Positions 52,773 to 62,678 are shown, counted from the first letter of the stretch. The stretch is 64,000 bases of DNA from Anaerolineae bacterium (GCA_027021705.1 JALUTT010000092.1:32001-96000); one strand, 5' to 3'. Notes: generated by a model not told the origin, from the letters alone. Numbers and translations are program-made.

Positions 52773-55700
52773 CTAAACACCCTTTCCACCGCCTGCAGCC
52801 GCTCCCAGGTGGCAGGGAGGCAGCCCAGCCGGGCCAGGAGGGGAACGAAGGCTCGGATGTAGCGCCAGACCTCTTCGCGGCCCCGCGCCCGCGCGGCGCG
52901 GAAGGCGGTGATGAGCCATCCGGCAGCCTGCTCCTCCCCCGGCGCGGCCACCTGGGCGAGGGCCTGGGCGACGGCGGTCAGGACCTGAGCGCGGTGCCGG
53001 TCGCTCTCAATCCTCTCTGCGGCGGCGAGGGCGTGGGTCAGCCCTTGGCGGTCTCTCACCTGGGCCAGGGCTTGGGCGACGGCGGTCAGGGCCTGGGCGT
53101 GCCAATAGATGTCCTCAATCCTCTCGGCGGCGGCGAGGACGCGGGAGAGACCCTCCCGATCGCCTACCTGGGCCATCGCCTGGGCGACGGTGGTCAGGAC
53201 TTGGGCGCGGCGCTCGGCGTCCTCAATCCTCTCGGCGGCGGCGAGGGCGCGGGCCAGGGCTTGGCGAGCCTGGTCTTTATCCCCCACCTGGGCCAAGGCC
53301 TGGGCGATGGCGACCAGGGTCTCTTGGTCCAACGCCTGGGTGACGGCAGTTAGGACCTGGGCGCGGTATCGGTTGCTCTCAATCCTCTCGGCGGCGGCGA
53401 GGGCGCGGTCGAACGCTCCCCCCTGGGCCAAGGCCTGGGCGACGGCGGTCAGGGCCTCGGCGCGCCAATAGTTGTCCTCAATCCTCTCGGCGGCGGCGAG
53501 GGCGCGGTCGAACGCTCCCCCCTGGGCCAAGGCCTGGGCGACGGCGGTCAGGGCCTGGGCGCGGCCGCTGCTCCATCGAATCCTCTCGGTGGTGACGAGG
53601 GCGCGGGCCAGGGCTTGGCGAGCCTGGTCTTTATCCCCCACCTGGGCCAAGGCCTGGGCGACGGCGGTCAGGGCCTGGGCGCGGCGCCAATCCTTCTCAA
53701 TCCTCTCGGCGGCGGCGAGAGCGCGGTCTAGGGCCTGTCGAGCCTGTTCCTGCTCCCCCACCTGGGTCATTGCCTGGGCGACGGCAGTCAGGGCCTGGGC
53801 GCCGTATCGGTTGCTCTCAATCCTCTTGGCGGCGGCGAGGGCGCGGTCCAGGGCCTGTCGAGCCCGTTCCCGCGCTCCCCCCTGGGCCAGGGCCTGGGCG
53901 ACGGCGATCAGGGCCTGGACGCGGCGCCAATCGTCCTCAATCCTCTTGGCGGCGGCGAGGGCGCGGTCGAACTCTTCCCCCTGGGCTAAGGCCTGAGCGA
54001 CGGCGGTCAGGGCCTGAGCGCGGTCATCGGTGTCCCTGATCCTCTCGGCGGCGGCGAGGGCGCGGTCCAGGGCCTCCTTCATAACCTGGTCTGTCCGCCT
54101 CCCCGTCCGCTCCCAGGCCGCCAGCCCGATCCGCCGGTAGGCCTCCGCCTGCCGCTTGGGGTCGGTAATCAGCTCCGCGTACCGCAGCGCCTGCTCCCCC
54201 TCCCCCAGCCGCGCCATCACCTCCATCGCCCCCACCGGCACCTGGGTCGCCAGCGTGCCCAGCGTTCCGTAGAGCAGGCTCCAGCCCACCACCGCTGGCA
54301 CCCCCGCCACCCCCCGCCCCTCGGCCACCTCCAGCGCCCGCTCCACATCCCGGGCGTAGGCCCGCCGGCTCGGGTCCCGCGCCCGCTGGGCCGCGTACCA
54401 CCCCCGGTCCTCGATCAGCCGCCCCAACGCCTCGAACTCCCCCGCCTTCGCCATATGCCAGCTCAGGTAGGCGTGCCCGTAGCCGTCGTCGGGCAGCGTG
54501 GACCACCGGCCCCCCCGGGTGCGGGCGCAGTAGCGGGCCACCAGTTGGGCGTGGGCCTCTCGCAGCGTCAGCCCCAGCCCCTCCGGTGGGGGGGCCACCA
54601 GCAGGCGGCGGGCCAGGCCGTGCAGCAGGTTGTGTAGGCGGTAGGTGGGCGTGCCGTCGGACAGGGGGGCACCGGGCAACAGCAGCGCCTTGTGATACAG
54701 GTAGCGCAGGCCGTCACGCGCCTCTCGCTCCTCCTTCCACCACACCGTCGCCATCATCGTCGGGGTCAGGCTTATGTCCTCCGGCAGCACCCCCAGCCTG
54801 GCGAACTGCTCCCGTCGCGCTTCCGGCAGCTGGCGCAGGCTCAAGTTGAAAGAAGCTAGTAGGCTGAGCCGCTTGCGGATCGTTTCGTCGGTCTCCCCCT
54901 CGGCTTCCGGCAACTCCAGCGCCTCCGGCCGGGCGATCTCCGCCTGCAGGTCGGCCAGCAAGTCCGCCCAGGGCACCCCGTCGTTCACCTGGGCGGCGGC
55001 CAACTCCAGGGCCAGGGGCAGGTAGCCCACCGCCTCGGCCAGGGCCAGCGCCTGCTCCCGTTCCCCCTCGGCCAGGGAGCGGTCCAGCTTCTTGATCAGG
55101 AGCGCCAGCGCCTGCTCCGGCGTCATCACCTCTAGGGCGTAGAGCGTGGCCCCCACCGCATTGGCGATGACCGCCTCGCGGGTGGTGATGAGGACCCGGC
55201 AGCGGGGGCCGCCCACCAGGAAGGGGCGGACGTGGGCCGGCTCCCAGGCGTCGTCCACCACCAGCAGGCAGGCCCGGTCGTGCAGCAGGCTGCGCAGGTG
55301 GGCCGAGGCCGACTCGATGAGGGGAAGGCGGAAGCTGCGGTCCCCCAGGGCGTAGATCCAGCCCAGCAGCAGCTCGGCCAGGTCCGGCTGCTGACCCAGC
55401 GTGGCCCAGAGGACGCCGTCGGGGAAGCGGGCCTGCACGTCGGGGTCGTGGGCCAGGGCGGCGGCCAAGGTGGACTTGCCGATGCCCTCCAGGCCGTGGA
55501 TGGCGCTGACGACGAGGACGCCGGAGGAGGGCCGGCCGTCGTCCAGGAGCCGGGCCTTGAGCGCCTCGCTCACCTCGGGCCGGGGAACAAAGTGGGCCGG
55601 CAACGGCGGGGCCTGGGTGAGGTAGGTGGGGCCGGGCTCCACCACCGGTGGGGGTGGAGCGGTGGGACGGCGCTCGAGGAGGGCCGCGATCTGGACGATC

Positions 55701-55906
55701 TCGTCATCGAGGGGAACGTCCAGCCTCTCGCAGAGCGAGCGGTACTCCTCCAGTTTCCCCCCGATGAGCGTCCGCAGCCTTTTAATCTCCCGACGGGCGC
55801 GTCGCCTCTCCGTCGGCCTGTCGGAATCGCGCACGATCTCTTCGTGCTCCCTGATCAGGGCATACATCTCTCGGATGTCACGTTCGAGATCGTCCTTGGG
55901 TGCCAT
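52766..55906 (-). CDS. NLR-like STAND NTPase: short helical N-terminus, NB-ARC, APAF-1-like helical region and ~10 TPR-like repeats
   Basis: GLEGIGKST, LLVVDDAW, LITTR, GYLPLALEL, YRLHNLLH; repeats ALAAAERIExxxxRAQALTAVAQALAQ. Confidence 0.88.
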   Translation of the reverse strand: MAPKDDLERDIREMYALIREHEEIVRDSDRPTERRRARREIKRLRTLIGGKLEEYRSLCERLDVPLDDEIVQIAALLERRPTAPPPPVVEPGPTYLTQAPPLPAHFVPRPEVSEALKARLLDDGRPSSGVLVVSAIHGLEGIGKSTLAAALAHDPDVQARFPDGVLWATLGQQPDLAELLLGWIYALGDRSFRLPLIESASAHLRSLLHDRACLLVVDDAWEPAHVRPFLVGGPRCRVLITTREAVIANAVGATLYALEVMTPEQALALLIKKLDRSLAEGEREQALALAEAVGYLPLALELAAAQVNDGVPWADLLADLQAEIARPEALELPEAEGETDETIRKRLSLLASFNLSLRQLPEARREQFARLGVLPEDISLTPTMMATVWWKEEREARDGLRYLYHKALLLPGAPLSDGTPTYRLHNLLHGLARRLLVAPPPEGLGLTLREAHAQLVARYCARTRGGRWSTLPDDGYGHAYLSWHMAKAGEFEALGRLIEDRGWYAAQRARDPSRRAYARDVERALEVAEGRGVAGVPAVVGWSLLYGTLGTLATQVPVGAMEVMARLGEGEQALRYAELITDPKRQAEAYRRIGLAAWERTGRRTDQVMKEALDRALAAAERIRDTDDRAQALTAVAQALAQGEEFDRALAAAKRIEDDWRRVQALIAVAQALAQGGARERARQALDRALAAAKRIESNRYGAQALTAVAQAMTQVGEQEQARQALDRALAAAERIEKDWRRAQALTAVAQALAQVGDKDQARQALARALVTTERIRWSSGRAQALTAVAQALAQGGAFDRALAAAERIEDNYWRAEALTAVAQALAQGGAFDRALAAAERIESNRYRAQVLTAVTQALDQETLVAIAQALAQVGDKDQARQALARALAAAERIEDAERRAQVLTTVAQAMAQVGDREGLSRVLAAAERIEDIYWHAQALTAVAQALAQVRDRQGLTHALAAAERIESDRHRAQVLTAVAQALAQVAAPGEEQAAGWLITAFRAARARGREEVWRYIRAFVPLLARLGCLPATWERLQAVERVFSP

Positions 55907-56007
55907 CGCTGCCCCTCACAGGTTCCTCGGTCCTCGGTCCTCGGCCCTCATCCCTCGGCCCTCAGCCCTCAGCCCGCCGCCACGCCGCTACGCCGCTAGC
56001 CGCTACA

Positions 56008-56037
56008 AGTATACCACACCTCCCGACGACCTTGCAA
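56008..56037 (-). promoter_or_regulatory. putative promoter of the NLR-like gene
   Basis: TTGCAA-N18-TATACT with extended TG; a similar segment recurs at 56343-56371. Confidence 0.5.
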
Positions 56038-56199
56038 CCGCCCCTCACTGGGAGATAGCTGTCAACGGATTAGGGGGAGCGGATTGAACGGATTCGGAAT
56101 CCCCTAGGTGAAGCGCCGGTCCCTCCCGTCGTCTCCCATCCGCTCAATCCGTTCCTGAATCCGCTGACAGCCATCCGCTCCAAATCTGGGTCTTGCTTG

Positions 56200-56945
56200 A
56201 GGGCAGCACCGGCCTGGAAGCGCCGGTGCTGGGGGGTCGGCGGGGCAGCACCGGCCTGAAGCGCCGGTGCTGGGGGCGGCGAGGCGGTCCGCCGTCGGCG
56301 GTCTGCATCGTGTCTTTCCCCATCCGTGGTGCTCTCCTCCCAAGTATACCACGCCTTCCCACGACATCCAACACCCTCCCGCAGGCCACGCCGTGGAGAT
56401 GGGCAGCACCGGCCTGAAGCGCCGGTGCTGGGGGAAAATGAACCCAGCCCCGCCGGTTCGACGGCCCCCCAGCCCCGCCTGTTTGACGGCGGGGCGGTGG
56501 CGGTGGCAGCACCGGCCTGAAGCGCCAGTGCTGGGGGAAATGAACCCAGCCCCGCCTGTTTGACGGCGGGGCGGCTTCCCGCATCCCCCAGCCCCACCTG
56601 TTTGACGGCGGGGCGATGGCGGCGGGGCGGTGCCTGGAAGCGCCGGTGCTGGGGGAAGTGAACCCAGCCCCGCCTGTTCGACGGCGGGGCGGTGCCTGGA
56701 AGCGCCGGTGCTGGGGGAAAATGAACCCAGCCCCGCCTGTTCGACGGCGGGGCGGCTTCCCGCATCCCCCAGCCCCGCCTGTTCGACGGCGGGGCGGCTT
56801 CCCGCATCCCCCAGCCCCGCCTGTTTGACGGCGGGGCGGCTTCCCGCATCCCCCAGCCCCGCCTGTTTGACGGCCCCCCAGCCCCGCCGGTTCACGGCGG
56901 GGCGGTGGGCGGTGCCACGGCGGGGCGGTGGCGGCGGGGCGGCTT
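56200..56945. repeat. BIME-like mosaic array of GC-rich hairpins
   Basis: Recurrent CAGCACCGGCCTGAAGCGCCGGTGCTGGGG and CCCAGCCCCGCCTGTTYGACGGCGGGGCGG modules joined by fixed linkers. Confidence 0.88.
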
Positions 56946-58435
56946 CATCGGCGCACCGCCTCGACGAAGGCCCGCAGCTTGGCGGGGTCCTTGAGGCCCT
57001 TGGACCGCTCGACGCCGCTGGAGACGTCCACCCCCCAGGGGCGGACCTGGGCGATGGCCTCCCCGACGTTCTCCGGCCTGAGGCCGCCGGCCAGGAGCAG
57101 CCGAAAGCGCCGGGCCAGCTCCCGCGCGATCCCCCAGTCGGCCCGAAGGCCGGTGCCCCCGGGCCGGGTAGGATGGTAGGCATCCACCAGGAGCTGGGGG
57201 AGGGTCGCGGCGTCGGGGAGGGCCGCTCGGTAGGCCTCGGCCATCACCTCCGCCTCCTCGGGCGAGCGGGGGCGCAGGGCCTTGAAGGCGCGGGGGTGCA
57301 GCGCCCCCACCAAGGCCGGCGGCTCCCGACCGTGCAACTGGGCCAGGTCCAGGCCGGCGGCGTCCAGGACCGCCCGCACCTCCTCCGCCGGCGCGTCCAC
57401 GAAGACGCCGACGAACCGGGGGGCGTCGGCCCCGAACTCGGCCCGCAGCGCGGCGGTGATGGCGGCCACCCGCTCCGGCCGGACGAAGCGGGGGCTCCCG
57501 GGGTAGAAGACGAAGCCCAGGAAGTCGGCCCCGGCCTCCGCCGCCCGACGGGCGTCCTCCAAGGTCGTGAGGCCGCAGACCTTGATGCGTGGCCCGCGCT
57601 GCCCGCTGCTCCGAGGCCGGAGCAGGGGGTGGGAAGGGGGATGGGGGATGGGCGGGGTGGTGAACTCCCGCGCTTTCCGGCCGGGGTCGGCGGCCCGGAC
57701 CAGCGCCTCCCCGACGAGGATGGCGTCGGCGCCGGCGGCGGCCACCTCCTCGGCGTCGGAACGCCCCCGGATGCCGCTCTCGGCGACCAGGAGGACCCCC
57801 CGGGAAACTTGAGGGCGCAGCCGGGCCGTCGTCCCCAGGTCCACCCGGAAGGTGCGCAGGTCCCGGTTGTTGACGCCGATGAGGCGCGGCCCGATCCGCA
57901 GCGCCCGCGCCAGCTCCGCCTCGTCGTGGACCTCGACCAGCGCGGCCATGCCCAGCCGCCGGGTCAGCCGGTAGAGGGCCTGGAGCGTGGCGTCGTCCAG
58001 GGCGGCGACGATGAGCAGGAGGGCGTCGGCGCCGGCCGCCCGCGCCTCGTAGACCTGGTAGGGGCCCAGGATGAAGTCCTTGCGCAGCAGGGGCAGGCGG
58101 ACCCGGCGGCGCACGGCCCGCAGGTGCTCCAGGCTGCCCCCGAAGAAGGGGCCGTCGGTGAGGATGCTGATGGCGGCCGCGCCGTTGGCCTCATACCGGC
58201 GGGCCAGGTCCACCGGGTCGAAGTCGGCCCGGAGCAGCCCCTTGCTGGGCGAGGCCCGCTTGACCTCGGCGATGAGGGCCAGGTTGGGGCCGCTCAGGGC
58301 GGCGACGAAGTCCCGGGGAGGCGGGGCCTGGGCCGCTTCGGCCCGCAGCCGCGCCAAGGGCACCTCCCGCCGGCGCCGGGCCACCTCCTCCCGCTTCCGA
58401 TCCAGAATCTCCCGGAGGATGGTTGGGGAGGGCAT
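56945..58435 (-). CDS. trpC: fused indole-3-glycerol-phosphate synthase / phosphoribosylanthranilate isomerase (TrpCF)
   Basis: LIAEVKRASPSKG, LLRKDF, GVNNRDL, VAESGI; then IKVCGLT, QLHG, LAGGL, GVDVSSGVE. Confidence 0.94.
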   Translation of the reverse strand: MPSPTILREILDRKREEVARRRREVPLARLRAEAAQAPPPRDFVAALSGPNLALIAEVKRASPSKGLLRADFDPVDLARRYEANGAAAISILTDGPFFGGSLEHLRAVRRRVRLPLLRKDFILGPYQVYEARAAGADALLLIVAALDDATLQALYRLTRRLGMAALVEVHDEAELARALRIGPRLIGVNNRDLRTFRVDLGTTARLRPQVSRGVLLVAESGIRGRSDAEEVAAAGADAILVGEALVRAADPGRKAREFTTPPIPHPPSHPLLRPRSSGQRGPRIKVCGLTTLEDARRAAEAGADFLGFVFYPGSPRFVRPERVAAITAALRAEFGADAPRFVGVFVDAPAEEVRAVLDAAGLDLAQLHGREPPALVGALHPRAFKALRPRSPEEAEVMAEAYRAALPDAATLPQLLVDAYHPTRPGGTGLRADWGIARELARRFRLLLAGGLRPENVGEAIAQVRPWGVDVSSGVERSKGLKDPAKLRAFVEAVRR

Positions 58436-58439
58436 GGCG

Positions 58440-59480
58440 CTACGGGGTGCGGGTTGCGTGTTGCGTGTAGGCGATGAGGGCGTCCAGAGTGCGCAGGGCG
58501 GCCCCGCTGTCCAGGCTCTCGGCGGCCCGGGCGATGCCCTCCTCCAGGTCGGCAGCGGCACCGCCGGCGACGAGGGCGGCGGCAGCGTTGAGGAGGACCA
58601 CGTCGCGCCGGGGGCCTCGCTCCTCGCCGCCCAGGATGGCGCGGGTGATGCGGGCGTTCTCCTCGGGGGAGCCGCCCCGCAGGGCCTCGGCGGGTGCCGG
58701 CTCGAAGCCCAGCGCCCAGGGGTCCAGCGTCTCCGTCACCACCTGGCCGTCGGCGGGGGGGATGCCGAAGAAGCTGACCCGGTTAGGGCCGGCCGTCGTC
58801 AGCTCGTCCAGCCCGCCCGCGCCGTGGACGACGTAGGCGGCGCGGCCTCCCAGGGCCTGGAGCACGCGGGCCAGCACCTCGGTCAGCGCCCCGTCGTAGA
58901 CGCCCAGAAGCTGGGCCGTCGCCCCGGCCGGGTTGGTGAGCGGCCCCAGGATGTTGAAGATGGTGCGGACGCCCAACTCCCGGCGCGGCCCGATGGCGTG
59001 GCGCATCGCCGGGTGGAGCTTCGGGGCGAAGAGGAAGCCGATGCCGATCTCGTCAATGGCCTGGGCGACCTGTCGGGGGGAGAGGTCGAGGCGGACGCCC
59101 AGGGCCTCCAGCACGTCGGCGCTGCCCGACCGGCTGCTGACGCTGCGGTTGCCGTGCTTGGCCACCCCCAGGCCGGCGCCGGCGACGACGAAGGCGGTCG
59201 TCGTGGAGATGTTGAAGGTGCCGGCCCGGTCTCCCCCCGTCCCGCAGGTGTCAATCACGTCGGGGCGGGAGGGGCGGACCGGCACCGCCGCCTGCCGCAT
59301 CGCCCGGGCGCAGCCGACAATCTCCTCGACGGTCTCGCCCTTGCTGCGCAGGGCCACCAGGAAGCCGGCGATCTGGGCCGGCGTAGCGGCACCGCGCATG
59401 ATCTCCCCCATCACCGCTTCGGCCTCCTGAGCCGACAGCGACTCGCCTTCCAGCAGTCGGTGGATCGCTTCGCGGATCAT
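58440..59480 (-). CDS. trpD: anthranilate phosphoribosyltransferase
   Basis: DTCGTGGD..TFNIST, KHGNRSVSSRSGSADVL, RTIFNILGPLTNP. Confidence 0.97.
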   Translation of the reverse strand: MIREAIHRLLEGESLSAQEAEAVMGEIMRGAATPAQIAGFLVALRSKGETVEEIVGCARAMRQAAVPVRPSRPDVIDTCGTGGDRAGTFNISTTTAFVVAGAGLGVAKHGNRSVSSRSGSADVLEALGVRLDLSPRQVAQAIDEIGIGFLFAPKLHPAMRHAIGPRRELGVRTIFNILGPLTNPAGATAQLLGVYDGALTEVLARVLQALGGRAAYVVHGAGGLDELTTAGPNRVSFFGIPPADGQVVTETLDPWALGFEPAPAEALRGGSPEENARITRAILGGEERGPRRDVVLLNAAAALVAGGAAADLEEGIARAAESLDSGAALRTLDALIAYTQHATRTP

Positions 59481-59541
59481 CGTACCCTCCTTTCAGCCGG
59501 ATAGCTATGGAAAGCCTCTCTACACGACTCCGTGCTTTGCC

Positions 59542-59566
59542 GTAGGGCGGGTTCCCGTACCCGCCC
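59542..59566 (+). repeat. REP-like element (GTAG plus hairpin)
   Basis: GTAG followed by GGCGGGT-TCCCGT-ACCCGCC. Confidence 0.5.
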
Positions 59567-59574
59567 GGATGGCT

Positions 59575-60138
<564 letters not shown>

Positions 60139-60154
60139 CGCAACCTCCTTTGAT

Positions 60155-60475
60155 TTAGTCCTTGGTCCTCAGTCCTTAGTCCTCAGTCCGCCGCTAAGCC
60201 GCTAGCCGCTAGGTCGCTAGCCGCTACGCCGCTACGCCGCTCGGTCGGCGGTTGGCTACGCAGTCCTCGGTCCTCAGCCCTCGGTGCCTCCCTCTTGGTC
60301 AGGTGGTCAAGTGGTCGAGTGGTCCTCGGTCCTCGGTCCTCAGCCCTTGGTCCACAGTCCGCCGCTACGCCGCTCGGTCGGCGGTTGGCTACGCAGTCCT
60401 CGGTCCTCAGTCCTCAGTCCTTGCCCCTTGCCCCCTGCCCCTTGCCCCTTGCCCCCTGCCCCTTGCCCCTTCCTC
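60155..60475. repeat. composite 7/8-mer repeat block overlapping the trpE 3' end
   Basis: CAGTCCT, GCCGCTA(C) and GCCCCTT tandem units. Confidence 0.9.
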
Positions 60476-61980
60476 CCTTCCCCCTCCGCCATCTCGATGG
60501 CCAGGGCCAGGGCGCGGGCTTTGTGCAGCGTCTCCTCCCACTCCCGGCCGGGGTCGCTGTCGGCGACGATGCCCGCCCCGGCCTGGAGGTAGGCGGTCTC
60601 GCCCCGCATCAGGATGGTGCGGATGGTGATGCAGGTGTCCATATTGCCGTTGAAGCCGAAGTAGCCGACGGCCCCGGCGTAGGGGCCGCGCCGCACCCCC
60701 TCCAGCTCTTCGATGATCTCCATCGCCCGGACTTTGGGCGCACCGCTGACGGTGCCGGCGGGGAAGGTGGCCCGTAGCAGGTCGTAGGCGTCCAGCCCCT
60801 CGCGCAGCCGCCCCGTGACCCGGCTGACCAGGTGGATGACGTGGGAGTAGCGCTCCAGGGTGAGGAAGTCGGGCACCTCCACGGTGCCGTAGTCGCAGAC
60901 GCGCCCCAGGTCGTTGCGCCCCAGGTCCACCAGCATCACGTGCTCTGCCCGCTCCTTGGGATCGGCCAGCAGTTCGGCCTCCAGCGCCCGGTCCTCGGCC
61001 TCGTCCGCCCCGCGCGGACGGGTGCCGGCGATGGGGCGGACCTCGGCCTGTCGTCCTTCCAGCCGCACCAGCACCTCCGGCGAGGAGCCGATGAGGGCGA
61101 TGGGGGGATCGCCCCCCAGTTCCAGGAAGAACATGTAGGGCGAGGGGTTGAGCCGCCGCAGCGCCCGGTAGATGCTGAAGGGCTCGGCCCGGGTGGGGCG
61201 GGTGAGCCGCTGGGAGAGAACGACCTGGAAGATGTCGCCGGCGGCGATGTAGGCCTTGGCCCGGCGGACCATCGCCTCGAACTGGGCCCGGCTCACGTTG
61301 GACCGGGGCCGTTCGTCGGAGGGGCCCGGTGGCGGCGGCGAGGGGGGAAGGGGGCGCTGCAGCCGGGCCTCCAGGGCCTCCAGCCGGGCGAGGGCGTCGT
61401 CGTAGGCGGCGTCGGGATCGCCCCCCGCCGGCACGAAGGCGTTGGCGAAGAGGAGCAGCCGGTGCTGCACGTGGTCGAAGACGACCAGCGTGTCGGTCAC
61501 CAGCAGGTGCAGGTCGGGCAGCCCCAGATCGTCCTGGGCCGTCGCCGGCAGGCGCTCGAAGAAGCGGACCAGGTCGTACCCCAGGTAGCCGACGGCTCCG
61601 CCGAAGAAGCGGGGGAGCCCCCGCACCTCGCCGGGCAGGGGGATGCCGGGGCGGTAGCGCTCCATCTCGGCGGCGACGACGTGGAGCGGGTCCTGGTGGG
61701 CCGCCAGCCGGTGGGTCGTCGCGGGCATCTCGCCGTCCAGCACCGTCACCTCGCGGCCCCGGGCGATGATCTGGCGGCGGGGGTTGACGCCGAGGAAGGA
61801 GTAGCGACCGAGCTGTTCCCCCTTCTCGACGCTCTCCAGCAGGAAGCCCGGCCCCTCTCCGCGCAGCTTAAGGTAGACGGAGACCGGAGTCTCCAGGTCG
61901 GCCGGCAGCTCCCGGTAGACCGGGATCAGCCCGCCTCGCGAGGCCATCGCTCGAAAGTCCTGTCGTGACAATTTCCCCAT
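60340..61980 (-). CDS. trpE: anthranilate synthase component I with a repeat-encoded C-terminal extension
   Basis: LETPVS, LLESVE, GDIFQVVLSQ, NPSPY, PIAGTRPRG, EHVMLVDLGRND, FPAGTVSGAPK, QAGAGIVADS. Confidence 0.96.
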   Translation of the reverse strand: MGKLSRQDFRAMASRGGLIPVYRELPADLETPVSVYLKLRGEGPGFLLESVEKGEQLGRYSFLGVNPRRQIIARGREVTVLDGEMPATTHRLAAHQDPLHVVAAEMERYRPGIPLPGEVRGLPRFFGGAVGYLGYDLVRFFERLPATAQDDLGLPDLHLLVTDTLVVFDHVQHRLLLFANAFVPAGGDPDAAYDDALARLEALEARLQRPLPPSPPPPGPSDERPRSNVSRAQFEAMVRRAKAYIAAGDIFQVVLSQRLTRPTRAEPFSIYRALRRLNPSPYMFFLELGGDPPIALIGSSPEVLVRLEGRQAEVRPIAGTRPRGADEAEDRALEAELLADPKERAEHVMLVDLGRNDLGRVCDYGTVEVPDFLTLERYSHVIHLVSRVTGRLREGLDAYDLLRATFPAGTVSGAPKVRAMEIIEELEGVRRGPYAGAVGYFGFNGNMDTCITIRTILMRGETAYLQAGAGIVADSDPGREWEETLHKARALALAIEMAEGEGRKGQGAGGKGQGAGGKGQGLRTEDRGLRSQPPTERRSGGLWTKG

Positions 61981-61994
61981 AAGCTTCTCTCCTA

Positions 61995-62247
61995 GCTCAG
62001 TCCTCGGTCCTCGGTCCTCAGTCCTCAGTCCTCGGTCCGCCGCTAAGCCGCCAGCCGCTAGGTCGCCAGCCGCTACGCCGCTACGCCGCTCGGCCGGCGG
62101 TCGGCTACGCAGTCCTCGGTCCTCAGTCCTCAGTCCTCAGTCCGCCGCTACGCCGCTATGCCGCTAGCCGCTACGCCGCTATGCCGCTTGATCGGCGGTC
62201 GGCTACGCAGTCCTCGGTCCTCGGTCCTCGGTCCTCATCCCTCATCC
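61995..62247. repeat. composite 7/8-mer repeat block between the T-box terminator and trpE
   Basis: CAGTCCT/CGGTCCT and GCCGCTAC tandem units, similar to 60155-60280. Confidence 0.9.
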
Positions 62248-62250
62248 CAT

Positions 62251-62610
62251 ACGAAAAACGCCCCTCATCCCCGTTGGGGACGAGAGGCGTCCGACGCATC
62301 CCGCGGTGCCACCCCACTTAGGCCGGCGGAAACAAAAAACGCGCCGGTGAAGCGCGTTTTCGTGAGCCAGCCTCACTCGTTGCAGGTACGGGCCTGCTCA
62401 CCCTGCCCTCGGCAGGAGGCAAGCCGATACCCTCGGCCCTGATAACGGTGGCGACTCCGGCCGGCCCTACTGAGCGCGAAGACTGCGCCGTTGGGGCCGG
62501 CAGCTCCCCGGCCCATTCACGCCTGCCGCTTGCGAGTGGGCTTCCAGCCCAAGGCCCACCTCTCTGGCGCGCGCTCAGGCGCTACTCTTCCGGTTCCCAG
62601 CCGTTGCTCG
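62251..62610 (-). promoter_or_regulatory. Trp T-box riboswitch with transcription terminator
   Basis: Minus strand shows AGTA, the AGAGA and GCTG boxes, specifier GAA-TGG (62518-62513), AGTA, F-box CCGTTA, T-box AAGTGGGGTGGCACCGCG (62319-62302) and a terminator hairpin with T-tract (62290-62251). Confidence 0.92.
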
Positions 62611-62639
62611 TGATTCTGTTGGCGGGCGATCGCGCCAGT

Positions 62640-62668
62640 AGTATACCAGAGCGCCCGTTGGCTGTCAA
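62640..62668 (-). promoter_or_regulatory. sigma70 promoter of the trp leader
   Basis: TTGACA-N17-TATACT with extended TG. Confidence 0.85.
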
Positions 62669-62678
62669 GGGTGCACGT

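Noticed and set aside
52950..54075. diversity-generating retroelement target
   Set aside because: No reverse transcriptase and no separate template repeat in the window. Variation lies within tandem coding repeats and is not obviously adenine-specific.
56200..56945. CRISPR array, or protein-coding repeat ORFs (56070-56849, 56104-57183)
   Set aside because: Spacing is irregular, linkers recur, and the translations are low-complexity products of the DNA repeats.
61981..62640. Trp leader-peptide attenuator
   Set aside because: No short Trp-rich ORF with an SD was seen; the T-box motifs explain the leader.
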